Source: Lama glama
Taxonomy: Eukaryota
Direction of reading: 5' to 3'
NCBI GenBank assembly: GCA_028534125.1
Contig: CM052816.1
Location: forward strand, 20,646,001-20,710,000
Length of the DNA stretch: 64,000 nt
Position 1 is the first letter of the stretch, and each line of letters opens with the position of its first letter. The notes below the pieces were generated by a model, which was given only the letters and a program-made list of their open reading frames with translations, did no database searches and was not told where the DNA came from. Made by a program: the position numbers and the translations under genes. Of the stretch, positions 13,005 through 24,625 are shown in pieces.

Positions 13005-14809
13005 TCTTAGAGAGGGACATGTGGCTGATCAAGAAAGCATTTCGCAGCCCTTTGGGCCTCCTCTTGGCTCTCTGAGTACACATTCCAAGAGTCAGAATGT
13101 CAGGGTTTTGGGGGGGTGGATATTGGTGAAAGAAGACATTTAGGAGCAAGAGCAGGAAACCCTGCAAGAGAGACGTGTGCGCTTTGGCCAAGGTGTATGG
13201 GCATGAGGCTGGGGGGCTTTGAGTCTTCCCGGGCAGGTGACTGTGAAGTGGGTCTCGTGGAGACAGACAGCTGCTGGGGAAGAACTGGGCGCGCAGGCAG
13301 GAACTAGAGCTCCTGCTGCTCGTTACAGAAGGAACAGCAGATGACGGAAGAGAGGACGCTTCTCAATTAGAGTAGTAAATAAATATAAAGTCCGATTGTC
13401 TTTGTAACATCTCAGGGTCAGAAGTAAGGGGCTCCTTCCCGTTTCCGGTATAGTGTTCATCTAGACAGGGCTTTTCATCTAGTTATTAGAAAGCTCTGGA
13501 AAGAAGCCAGCGTCATGCAGTTGGAATGTGAACCCCTCCTTGGAAAATTTATTGGAGCAAGAAGAGGTCGGGAGTCATGTTTCAGACTCGGTCTCAGTTG
13601 GAAGGGCCCAGAAAAAAGTTAATCGGATGTTCTTCTGACTCTGGGTCATTTAACCCACTTCTAAAATTGGCTTCTGGCTCAGAGCAGAATTTTGAGGTTT
13701 ATAAACTCCTAGGAGAGAGAAAAGTTAATACACAATTGTGTTATTGTGATTGAACCGTTTTATTCTCAAAGATTTAATTCCCCAAATTTTGCTTTAGGAA
13801 ACAAAAAATGCTACACACGGAAAGATGGCAATTAAACTCCCCGTATGAGGGGGTATTCCCTCGCAGTGGTAACTGGGAAGCGTGGCGCAGAGTGGGATGT
13901 GCCATCTCAGAGGGGATGGCGAGGCTTTGCGGTTACGCTGGAGCTTTATTATTTTCGAGGGGGAGATGCGTTGCTGCTCTTAACTGTCTGAAATTAAAGT
14001 GAATTTTGAAAATGTAGCCTCCTCTTTGAGCTGCTTCTTATTTTTACTGAACATAATGGGATGGTGTAAAGAGAAGTTTGCTTTTTAAATGTGTCATCTC
14101 TTATTTCCCTCAAGCTGGAACCACATCAGTAGGAACTTCCCTATGGGGATTTTGTTGCCTTGTCTGGTTTCCTTCTCCAGCTTATCAAACTTCGTGAGTT
14201 TAAAGATTGTTCATGAAGAGTGAAGGCTGGTTTCTTGCAAAAAGTTTTTATTGCCTGAAAGACAAACTCTGAGAGACACTAATAGTAATGTTTATGTTTT
14301 TTAACTTGAGATTGCAAATAAGAATATTTTCGGATTTAGAGTCTGCAAAATGATCATTGGGCCGAAACACATTTCCATGCGTTAAGGTCAGATCCCAGAG
14401 CCAGCTTTGAATTAAGCAGTGGGTTCGTCTGTCTTTCTCACCATAAAACAGGCTTTAAAAGGTCAGAGAACGGCTAGGTGCACGTAGGGGGAAGTCACCC
14501 AAAGTCCTCCTTCACAGTTTGAAAAACAAGTTCAGAGAAGATTGTGCTTGCAGTTTATGATGCAGATAGATGACTGGGGGTGGGGGGGCATGTATGTTGC
14601 CCCTAAGCCCCTGCACGCGATAGAGGGGGAAGCCCCTGAGCTTCCATCCGCTGTCAGGACCATTGTTTCCTGGGACCTCTGTAAGAAACCTGCTTTTCTT
14701 GGAACCTGCCTCCTACGCTTTAGGAAGTAGAGGGTGTAGGGTCTTGGGGCAGACTGGAGCTCTGGACGCCTGGCTTTGGTCTGTCAGGGCAGTTTTGGGG
14801 GATTGCTAG

Positions 14810-15030
14810 CCTGCTTTCCTTCATATGGATTAGTTTTGCCTGTTCTAAACTTCTATGTGTAATCATATACTATGTACTCTCTTGCACCTGGCTTCTTTTG
14901 CTCTGCTGAATGATTTTGAGATTCATCACATTTATTCATCAGTGTCCTAGTCATTTATTAAATAGGCATAGTATTTTGCACTGTGGACACCATGAAAAAG
15001 ATAGGCATGGTACCTGCCTTCTTGGAGTTT
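14810..15030 (-). mobile_element. L1M fragment followed by L2 fragment
   Basis: gattagttttgcctgttctaaacttc...ctggcttcttttgctc...ttttgagattcatc (L1M antisense), then cattcatc...catggtacctgccttcttggagtttac (L2-like). Confidence 0.55.
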
Positions 15031-15826
15031 ACTCTGCACCTTCTGATTCAGCTTTTCCATGGCCGGGAGTGTGTCCCAAACCATTTTAACAGTACAAAAA
15101 AGGCTTAGGGGGCAGTGTTACTTGTAATAGTGAGAAAAGCTTACAGAACGGCCACCAGAAACTAAGCATTCTACGGTAGAGGGAAGGACGGAATCCTACC
15201 CCACTGTCATAGATTGTGTTTTGGCTAGAAGAGCATCCAGGGACACCGTAAAATGTTGACAGTAGGTTAAGAGCAAAAAAGATTTTATGGGACAGCATGT
15301 ACAAATTGATCCCCGGAAAAGAATTTCCCTTTATGTACCTGTAGCTGGATGCTCGCTCTGGGTGCTGGGACCATAGGAGACTTAGTTCCCTTTTGGTGCT
15401 TTTCTTTACATTCCAGCTTGTCTTCAGGGAGTGTGTGTTACTTTGAAACATTTCATTACAAAAGAACGATCCCAGGAAAATTCTCTCTTCTGAAAGAAAG
15501 ATCTTGGGAGCATTTGCAAATCCATCCCCTGCTGCAGACTTGTCTTCAGAGAACAGCCAGGTCAGGCCAAACCCTGAGAAGGGAAGAAACTCCAGCTGGA
15601 CAGGCACCATCACCCTAGTGAACCCAAAGTGTCTGGGAACAGCTTTGGGGGTGGTGAGGGGAGGGGCCCCCTCTTCCTTTCCACAGAGCCCCCCATTATG
15701 GGGCCACTTTTGCCATCGGAGTCCAGGTGCTGCTGTTTGAATCTCTGGGAAAATGACATGTACAACATAACTTCTCCATAGAAATTTTACTGGTTAATGT
15801 TGGAGCTGACGGGTTGAGATGCACAG

Positions 15827-16132
15827 TGAGGTAGGCAGAGTGATGCTCGTCCCCAAAGGTACCCACACCCTAACCTGTGAGCATGTTCCCTCACGTGGCA
15901 GAGGGAACTTTGCAAGTGTGATGGCATTCAGGCCTTTGTAATGGGAGGCTATCCAGGTGGGCTCAGTGTAATCAAAAAGATTCTTGCAAGCCAAAGAGGA
16001 AGGCAAATGTGCCAACACCTTAATTTTAGCCCATTTTGGACTTCAAACCTCCAGATCTGAAAGATAACAAATCCGTGTTGAAGTCATCAAGTCTGTGGCA
16101 GTCTATTCAGGCAACCACAGAATGTGACTGCA
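15827..16132 (+). mobile_element. MLT1D-like MaLR LTR with internal deletion
   Basis: tgaggtaggcagag...ccccaaag...aacctgtgagcatgtt...catggcagagggaactttgcaagtgtgat...tatccaggtgggctcagtgtaatca... ccttaattttagccc...tggacttc...cctccaga...aagataacaaat. Confidence 0.75.
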
Positions 16133-19074
16133 GACTGCCTGTTGTCCTGAGAGAGAAGGACCCAGTGAGAGCTACAGGTGAGGCCATGCCCTGGGGCAGG
16201 CCAGGGGCACACTTTGCCAGGTTGAGCTGACACCAGGGCCAGCCAGCTGGCCGTCCTGAGCCTGAGCTGGTCCTGGATGGGTTACTCCGCCCACACACGA
16301 TAAGTTGTGGGAGCAGCCAGAGAGGAGGTGGCAGCGTCCTCAGGGAAGGGCCTGGGGCAAGGGTGGTCCCAGAACACCTTTCCTTTGGGGACCTCAGTGT
16401 GGGTGTCTCAGAGCAAAGGCCCCTGCCCCTGCCTCATGCTGGGGAAGGGGGATTGTAGAGAGTGAGGCTGGAGGAGGCAAATCTTCAGAAATGAATCAGG
16501 CAAGAAACCCTGCAAAGGCAGCTGTGGCTGTGAAGCCGGTGGGAGGCAGTGAGGCAACGGGGACACGGTCGTAGGGTGGGGGTGTGTGGGGGTGCAGTTC
16601 TCCCCGTCACTTGGGAAGGCAGCGTCCAAGGGAAGAATTCATTTCTGCTTAACAAGGAATGATGTCAGACAGAGCTCAAAGCCTTAGCTGAAATCAGCAT
16701 CTTTCTAAACTGCATTCTGTAGAATAGTAAAAGCCCAAGCACAGCTAGAAAGCGGTTCCCTGGCTCCCAACTGGGTGCACGTGCCTTTTTCACTTCCTGC
16801 CAGTTGGTTCTGTGTGTGATTCCCCATCTGCGTATGCTGGGAGGGCACTGAGGACCCAGCCAGGAGGGGGAGAAAGACCCGCGCCCGCCTCAGGGCGCCC
16901 AGTGTGGAGGAGGCAGACTGCAGGTGGGAGTGTGGTGGGGAGGGCAGAGCCCTGGGAGAGTGCAGCCTGGAAGGAAGTGAAAAACCGCCACAACTATCAC
17001 ATTTGCTCTTCTTAGCCCTGGCCTGAGACTACATCCAGTCTCAAAGGCTCTCTTTCCTCCCAGACCTACCAGCGGCCTGATCTGGCCCTGCTGACCAGCA
17101 GCTTGCTGGTCCCTGCCTGAGGGCCGCCCTATGGTCCCCATGCTCCCCAGCTCCACACTGGCCCCCTGGGCTCTCGACTCCAGGGCTGGCACAGCTTTAG
17201 CTGGGCTCTGCACCCTCTTCTTGCCCTGGACTGTAAAACTGACCTGAAAGTGGAAAGATTAAGTGCCAGTTGATTTGCACAGCTGTGAGCGAGTGCACCT
17301 TGGGATGGACTAGTCCAGACCAGGGGCTCCGTGATGTGGTCTAGGGGGTCTTGTTTGCATACCCAGCATCCTCATAAAAGTCCCAGAGGAAGCTTCAGGA
17401 GGTCCTTTTTTGAAAAGACCATATAGACCCAAGGATCTCTGAGAAGGCAGCATGCTGGAACCACGAGTGGGCCCTTCACTTCTTTTTCAGTTTAAGCTTC
17501 TAGTCTCGTGGCGTCCCCTGCAGTCTCTGCTCACAGAGTGGTTTCTAGTCTCCTGCTGCCCAGTTACTGCCATTTGCCCATCAACAGATCCCCCTGTTGG
17601 CCTCTCTGGCACCTGTTCCCACCTGGAGAACAGCTTGGGGAGTCCTCTGAGAGCTGCTGAGGGGCCTCCAACCTGTCATCTCTGGCCTGGTCTCTCCCCC
17701 TTGGGATGTGGCCGACCTCGGGTCGGGGACCTGGCCTTGGCCACACAGGCTCTCTGTGACATGCTTCTTTCTTTCAGTCAGAGATGCACCCTCCAGGTAC
17801 CACCTCCACGTGGCCCTCCGGGCCCCATCCCCAAATCCAGGTTCTGCCCCTCCCTGGAAGTACCCACAGCACCCAGAGGGACTGAAGCTGGTGGTGCCCC
17901 AGCTGTGTTCTCGGGGCTTGGCACCCAACAGACACACCGTATGTGTTTGTGGTTGAATATTTGGTAAATAAGAATTACTTTACAATGTAAAAAGCCCGCC
18001 CCCACATGTCTGCTTTGCAAGACTATCTTTTAACTACAAAGACTTCTTTTAGCAGGGCCCCTGTAGAGAGGATCTGAGTAGTGAGTCATACCTGGCCTCC
18101 ATGACCCTGAAGGCTCCTCGGGACTATTCTCTGTGAAATGCCTTGAAATTCTACCTCTTAAAAGATAAAATGCCACCAGACTGGGTAGCCCAGGAGGCCT
18201 GGACACCCGCCCTCCCTGAGCATCAGAGGGTTCCCGTCACCTCCTCCCACAGACCAGGGCACAGCAGTGGGTGTCAGTTGCAAGGCTCCAGGATTGTGGA
18301 GGGGATCTTGGGCCAGCACGAAAAATGGAAGGCTGAGTCCAAAATAAAGGATTAGAAACCCCTTCTTGGCCATTAAAACCTGAAGAGCTGAAGGATTTAT
18401 TTTTGACCGTTTACAAATGCAGTTGTTAATGCTGGTTCTCAGTTTCCACTAGAGCTTGGCAAGCCTCCTGAGCCTGAGGAAAGATCCAGTCATATTCAAT
18501 TTAGTTCCATGCTAAGTATTGCTTATTTGCTTTCTCTCTTCAAAACTTGATAAGCCATCTGGGAATATCTGTGAACTAGAATGCTCAGGCATCTAGAGCA
18601 CTGCTCCCTCAGCTGTTCTGGAGGAACGTCTAGCACAGGCGGCTGCCACCTGTGCCTGGTGTCCTGTATTTCCAGCCTTTTCACATGCAAACTGCTTACT
18701 GACAGCTGCTCAGGACCAGTGAAATCTATACCACAGCCAGAGCTCGATTGCTGCTGACAGTGGGGTTTCCTGAATTCAATTAGCAATGGACAGAGTCCAC
18801 GGTGGGGGTGGCAGGAGCCAGCAGGCGCAGAGCAAGCATGAGGCTCACAGTGACATTTCCCACACCTGTGCACGCACGCACAGTGCTGCCCTCACGTGGC
18901 TGCTGTCAGTCTGTTCGCCACTTGGTGGAGCAATAGTCTCCTGGGCTAGAGGTTTGATATAAGGGATGTGAGATCTGCCTGGGCACAGGCATGACCTTTG
19001 GATTACAAGATGGTCACAACGCCATCAGCTAGAGGGCTGGTGCCATGCCCACTTAGTTACACTAACACGTATGG

Positions 19075-19264
19075 AGTGTTGCTCTGTCCTTTAGTAGCTC
19101 CAGCTGCTGCCATCCCCCTCCACCAAGTATTAGTCCCTAAGGTATCTGTGTAACACTCTCGTTCTTGCTCCAAGTTGTTGCCATCTGAGAAATGACACCG
19201 CACACACCTTCCCACCAAACCCCAGTGAGGCCAGAGGAGAGCCTCGCCTCCTTTTGGATGTGGA
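19075..19264 (+). repeat. 190-bp direct repeat, copy 1 (copy 2 at 20279-20468)
   Basis: Ungapped manual alignment with 20279-20468: 11 substitutions in 190 nt (94%); offset exactly 1204 nt. Confidence 0.95.
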
Positions 19265-20192
19265 TCGGATGTCACTGATTACCCGCCCAGTGCCCAGCCA
19301 TTAGCCAGCCCACTCTCTGGGGCTCCGTCTTGGGCCATAGCAGGGATGAGTCCAGTCTCTGTGCACAAGAAGTTTATATGGCCTCACTGGGAAGGTTAAA
19401 GGAATCTACACACAGTGGTAACGGGCAGGCCCAGAGGCTGGGTGAGCACAGAGCTGTTGGGGGCAGAAGGCAGAGAGACCTGGGCCACCAAGGCTCCCCA
19501 TGCTGTCCTCTCCAGCTCACAGCTTCCATGCACACTCAGCCAGCAGGGCTGAGCTGGGAAACCCTCAGGTCTACCCCACAGTCTCCATCCTGCTCTGAAC
19601 ATATTCACAGAAACCCTTTTTAAGAACCGCCTATCACGTTCCCATTTCAGCAACAGGGATTTTGCTCTCCTTTGTTGTAGGGCCAAGTGAGACCAGCTTA
19701 TCAGTGTGTTGTTCTAACTCCTTCTCTTTCCACTCTGGTGAGAGCTGCCCACCCTCTCCAGGGTAGCACTACAAACTCCCCATGCTCCATTTTGTCGGTA
19801 TCATTTCTCTCAATCCTTAGGGTAGTCCTGCATATCAGGGGTGGACAGATGGACAAATTAAGGTTCTGAGAGGCTGTGTGAGCTCCTGAGGCCACCCAGC
19901 AGGGAGCCCAGCACAGCCCCAGCCCTGCCGCCTGTGCACAGTGTGGATGGCCAGGGCCATTTGTTTTCTGTTGTCCACCCCTTGTTCCTTTGCCCCTGTT
20001 GGTCATAGCTCTGATCCTCAGCAGGGGGAGCGCCAGGGAGGACTGTGCCCCCTGCACTGCCCAGCGTGTTTGAGGTTCCTGCCACCACTAGGAAAAATGT
20101 TCTAAACTCTAGGAAGTACAGTGTAAACCTGCGGCCAACAAAGCCAGCATGCAGCATGCTTCCTTCCTGCTTCTGAAGTTGTTATTTCAGGG

Positions 20193-20216
20193 GTGTGTGT
20201 CTGTGTGTGTGTGTGT
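20193..20216. repeat. Interrupted (TG)n microsatellite
   Basis: gtgtgtgtctgtgtgtgtgtgtgt. Confidence 0.85.
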
Positions 20217-20278
20217 CTCCTCAGAGTCTCCACTGTAATACTGTCAGCTGGAAACTTTCTAAAGAAAACCTTCCAGGA

Positions 20279-20468
20279 AGTGTTGCTCTGTCCTTTTGTG
20301 GCTCCAGCTGCTGCCATCCCCCTCCACCAAGTATTAGTCCCTAAGGTATCTGTGTAACACTCTCATTCTCGCTCCAAGTTGTTGCCATCTGAGAAATGAT
20401 ACCTCACACACCTTCTCACCAAACCCTAGTGAGTCCAGAGGAGAGCCTCACTTCCTTTTGGATGTGGA
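20279..20468 (+). repeat. 190-bp direct repeat, copy 2
   Basis: Same alignment as copy 1; both begin agtgttgctctgtccttt and end ccttttggatgtgga. Confidence 0.95.
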
Positions 20469-20689
20469 AGGAACCCGTCTTGCACCCCTCAGGCTGGGAG
20501 CAGTCTGGCGCCAGCTCACCTGCAGGCCTTTGTTTCCTCTACTGCAGAGGGGTTGGTTGGTTGTCACCAAAAATTATCACCAGAATTTTTTTTTTAAGTT
20601 CAAGAAAAGAAAAGTTCCCAGGGCCTCCTCCCTTGGACCAGGGTGCCATCATGGTGCATTCATGTCTTGGCTGTGAATAGCATTTATAA

Positions 20690-21560
20690 AACAAACATTG
20701 AGCTAACCAAAATGTTATATATTTCTACTAGGAGGAGGTAGACAGGAGGGTGCCTGTTTAGAGTGGGGGTGGGGGGGAAGAATTATGCAAAAAACAGCTA
20801 AATTCTCATCTTCCATACTGAGAAGTTAATGGATAATGCCTAACACTAAAAATAAGTAGAATGTTTTTAAGGTTAATTCCAAAATAACCAAGGTTTGCTG
20901 AAAGGGACTGCCTCTAGGGAAGAGAAATGGAAGGAAAGGGCAAAGCCTTGCTGTTTTCCATAAAGAGCCTTGAGTAACTTTAGGCTTTTTAAATTATGGG
21001 CTTATGTAACTTTGTTTAAAATGTAACTGTTGAAGTATATTAAATATTTAAAGATATAGGAAAGACTAGATTATCCTGAGAGAACTAAATACTCTAAAAA
21101 AGAAAGTGAAATGGAACTTATAGAAAAAAAGTGTAATTGTCATTATGAGTAAGAATTCAAAATATGATTTAGACAGCTGAAGAGAGAATTAGTGATTTGG
21201 AAGGCAGCTGAAGAAATAACCCAGAATGCAGCATCAAGAGAGAAAGAGAAGGGAAGTAGGAAGCAGCAGCTAAAATATGGATGGCAGAATGAAAAGATCC
21301 AATACACATCTAACAGGGGTTAGAGAATGTGAAAGTGACAAGAATGAGAGAGAGAGACAATGTTTAAAGATAATGGCTGGGAATTAAGACTGGGCAAATA
21401 ATGGTAAAGCTGTAGGGCATCAGAGATAATGAGAAAAGTTGAAGAGCAACCAGAGATCCAAAAACATATTACCTACAAAAGGGAAGCACTTAGACTGGCA
21501 GAGGCAACAGCAAGAGATGTCAGAACACAACGGAATATTAGAAACCGCAAGGTGGCCTTG
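20690..21560 (+). mobile_element. Degraded old L1/HAL1 remnants (3' end-like piece then ORF1-like piece)
   Basis: A-rich; ttagacagctgaagagagaattagtgatttggaagg...gaagaaataacccagaatgcagca; translated KHITYKREALRL resembles the L1 ORF1p motif KQITYKG..IRL. Confidence 0.7.
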
Positions 21561-22023
21561 GAGGGATGGAGTGGAAATGCAGAGAGAGGGCAGCAAGGAG
21601 ATCTGTGCACAATTCCCTTTGCTCATCAAAATAAAAAATGTACACAGGGCAGGTACTGCTAGTTACTTTCCAGTATCCATCTCCCCACCTCCCTCTTCAG
21701 TACCAAAATCTCAAAGTTACACAGCTACACTGGTCCTCAAGGGTCCTGCCTCAGTGCCTCCAATGACCATCATCCTTGGGAGGTGAGTAATACTCTATCT
21801 GAGAACAAAAAAAGATACAGAGTCCACCCATAATATGGGCCCTTTATGGTGTGGCTGCTCGTGGTCGGCGTTGTGGCATTACACTTTGAAGTGCTGGCTG
21901 TGCTGAGTTTCCTTGGTGCAATGGGGTTGTGTCCTGTTGGTCAGTGGTTTCTGCATCATTTGAAGCTCCTCAGAGACCTAGCTGCCACAAGGAGGAGGAG
22001 GACGCACAGAGAGACTTGTGTAG

Positions 22024-22082
22024 GTGCGCACGCACACACACGCCCGCACAGACACACATGCGCACACACGCCCGCACAGACA
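22024..22082. repeat. (CA/CG)-rich alternating purine-pyrimidine tract with internal duplication
   Basis: gcacacacacgcccgcacagacacacatgcgcacacacgcccgcacagaca; the unit cacacacgcccgcacagaca occurs twice. Confidence 0.8.
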
Positions 22083-22469
22083 GGCTTCCAAGAAGGGAAA
22101 CAGACTTGCACTCAGTTTTCTAGCAATTAGAAGATCATTGTTTCTTTTCCCCTCAGAATGGCCTGATGCCCCTGTCTTGGTTCACAATTCTCACACAGAG
22201 GCAGTGTCTACACCCCAGCCTTTCTTCTGCAAAGAGGAGTAAAGTTGTCACAAGACGTGTTTCATTTTTTCGCCTGTGGACTTGAGAGAACTGTGCTGCA
22301 ATTTCACTGACTGTGATTACAAACCCCACAAGCCCTTGTGTCCTGGCTCTAACTGGCAGTTATTGAAAAGATGATGATGACTTAGATGTTTTAATTAGCC
22401 TGCTTGCAGGAGTTCCCCAGTTCTGCTTGTTTAAGTTAGTTGATTTCAAAGCCAGCGTGTCGTTGTTCA

Positions 22470-22690
22470 CAACAGTAATAAGAACCGTGTTTTTCGGGCA
22501 CTTTCTCTGCAGCAGACTGCGTGCTTGGGAGTTTGCATGCATCATCTCACTTAATCATCACGACTACCCAGTGAGGTGTTGTCCCCACTTTTCAATGAGG
22601 ACACTGAGGCAGAGATAAGTTACTAGTCCCTCCACAAGGAAGTGGAGGAGGCAACCATGGGTGAGTTCAGACTATTGGACTCAAAGGTCG
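22470..22690 (-). mobile_element. MIR SINE
   Basis: catcatctcacttaatcatcacgactacccagtgagg...ccccacttttcaatgaggacactgaggcagaga, MIR core antisense. Confidence 0.75.
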
Positions 22691-24524
22691 TGGGAGACGA
22701 GGTAGGGGCACCCGGCCAGGGTGTCCTGCTTCTGCCCACAGACCCACCCTGAGGGACACCCGCAGCCCCTCTGGCCTCCAGTCCCCACACCGGGCTGGAC
22801 ACGGGGTTATGTAACCTAGCAGGGCTGCAGCCCCTCTCCCGCAGCACAGGGCTCCTCTCGTCTGGGACCTCTGCTTGCTTTTATGGAGTTTTGATCACTT
22901 CCTCCAAGGAAAGGGGCCCTAAGGCCCCCCTAGAAGAGGGACACCAGGGACGGCCTTTACTGAGCTCATCGCCCGGTTCCTCCCCACTCCTCTCCCTGCC
23001 CAGAGGCTCCGTCTCTACTGCAGGGAAGATGAGCTCTTAGATTCCCACACATCCTGCCCAACACAGCTGCTTCTGCTCCACATTTTATGGACTCCATAGT
23101 TTTATTTCTTGCTATTAAAAGCCAAGCTTTTAGAGCTTTAGAAATAAATTATTTTTCAAAAAGCCTATCTTCTGCAAATTGAAAGCCTTAGTTTCCAGAA
23201 AATTGTCTCTGCTATGAGTTTCACGAGCCAAGAATTTGACACCTTTGTGCTCTGTGCACCATGCCCTCCCCTGAGGTTATAACACTCAGCCTTGTGTCTC
23301 GTTTTAATGATGAAAGAAAGGAGGAGAGAAAAAATTATTTGCTGAAAATGAAAAACCACGAGCTATCATTTTGAAAGACTGTCCTGCTCCCTGGGCGGTG
23401 GCTCTGGAGAAAACCCAGCTCTGGGTTCCTTGTCTTTTGAGGGAGGAGTTGCTGGTCCCTCCATCCCTACCAGTGGTGATGACCCACGACTCTGGCATTC
23501 CAGCAGGCTACCTGGGGCTCTTTCCAAGTGGACGTGAGCAAGGAAGGGTGTCTCTCATCTGCAGTTTGAGACAATTGGGGAAATCCAAGCTCACTCTGAG
23601 CGTCCCACACTGCCTGAACGAGATTAGGCTCAAGACAAATGGTCTCGCCTAAAATGAGAAGCCGGCCATCTCCATCTGCGGGGATGTAGAATTGGGGTTG
23701 TTATGGGCCTGATTTGTGAACTTGAATGAGGGCTTCTAGAAAGCTATTTGTAAAATTCATTGCTGTCTCTGGCTGCGGCTAACACATTCTATCTTCAGAC
23801 TGGATGATTTCGCATTCCGTGCATTCATAAAATAGAGTGGGCTGTGGAGTGGAGTGTGGGAAGTAGGGCGAAGGGGCGGGATGTTGAGGGGCGCAGGCAG
23901 AGGGCCTCTGGGCGCAAGACCCACAGGTGCCACCCACCGAGTGGGAATTGAGTTACTGGGAACTACCCGTTAGCCTCCCCCTGCCCAGCGCTAGGGTCTG
24001 CCCGGGCCTGACTTCTCATGGGGAAATCCTCAGACCCTGCAGGGCTTTTGCCCCAGTTTGCAGAGTTTTGAATGCAAAGGAGTTTTGCAGTTGAACTCTA
24101 GTCTGTACCTCTGCCCTCCTCTGCCTGTCTCGGTGTGTCCTCTCAGTTTCTAGGCCTGGTGGGGGACTGGCCTTCTGAAGGAGTCTTGTGAGCAGCAAGT
24201 GTTGGGAAGAGGCCCGGAGTCCTGGCGCAGCTGGGTCTGGGGCTCCTCGGCCCTGGGGAGGGGCAGGGAAGATTTGAGACCAGCAAAGAGGAACTAGAAA
24301 GCATGATCAGGCTCAACACAGACCCCAGCACATTTTGACGGTGTTGAAGCCACCTTAGCTCCTTTCCGCAATAAGATTTTCTCTCTCAAACAACTCTTAC
24401 ACTTCTGATGGCACCTAGGGCAACTTTCTGGATCAGAGTGTAACTTTAATTTAAAAATTGAGTTAGTAAAGAAAATTAATTTCCTAAGCTCCTCTTTTAT
24501 GCCCTTAGAGGAATCTGACTATTA

Positions 24525-24625
24525 CACTCACTGCCAGGCCTCAGTTTGCTTATCTGTAAGATGGGGGTAACACCCTGTGCTCTGCTTGTCTCCAAAGGCT
24601 GCTGTGATTCTCAGTGAGAACTGAT
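24525..24625 (+). mobile_element. MIR SINE core fragment
   Basis: ggcctcagtttgcttatctgtaagatgggggtaaca. Confidence 0.65.

Noticed and set aside
19075-20468. Direct repeats read as LTRs of a small retroelement, or as CRISPR-like repeats
   Set aside because: No TG...CA termini, PBS/PPT or TSD seen; only two copies; eukaryotic context with no cas genes.
23860-23935. GC-box/CpG patch as an internal promoter (similar patch at 44450-44530)
   Set aside because: Under 100 bp, far short of a CpG island, with no other promoter evidence.
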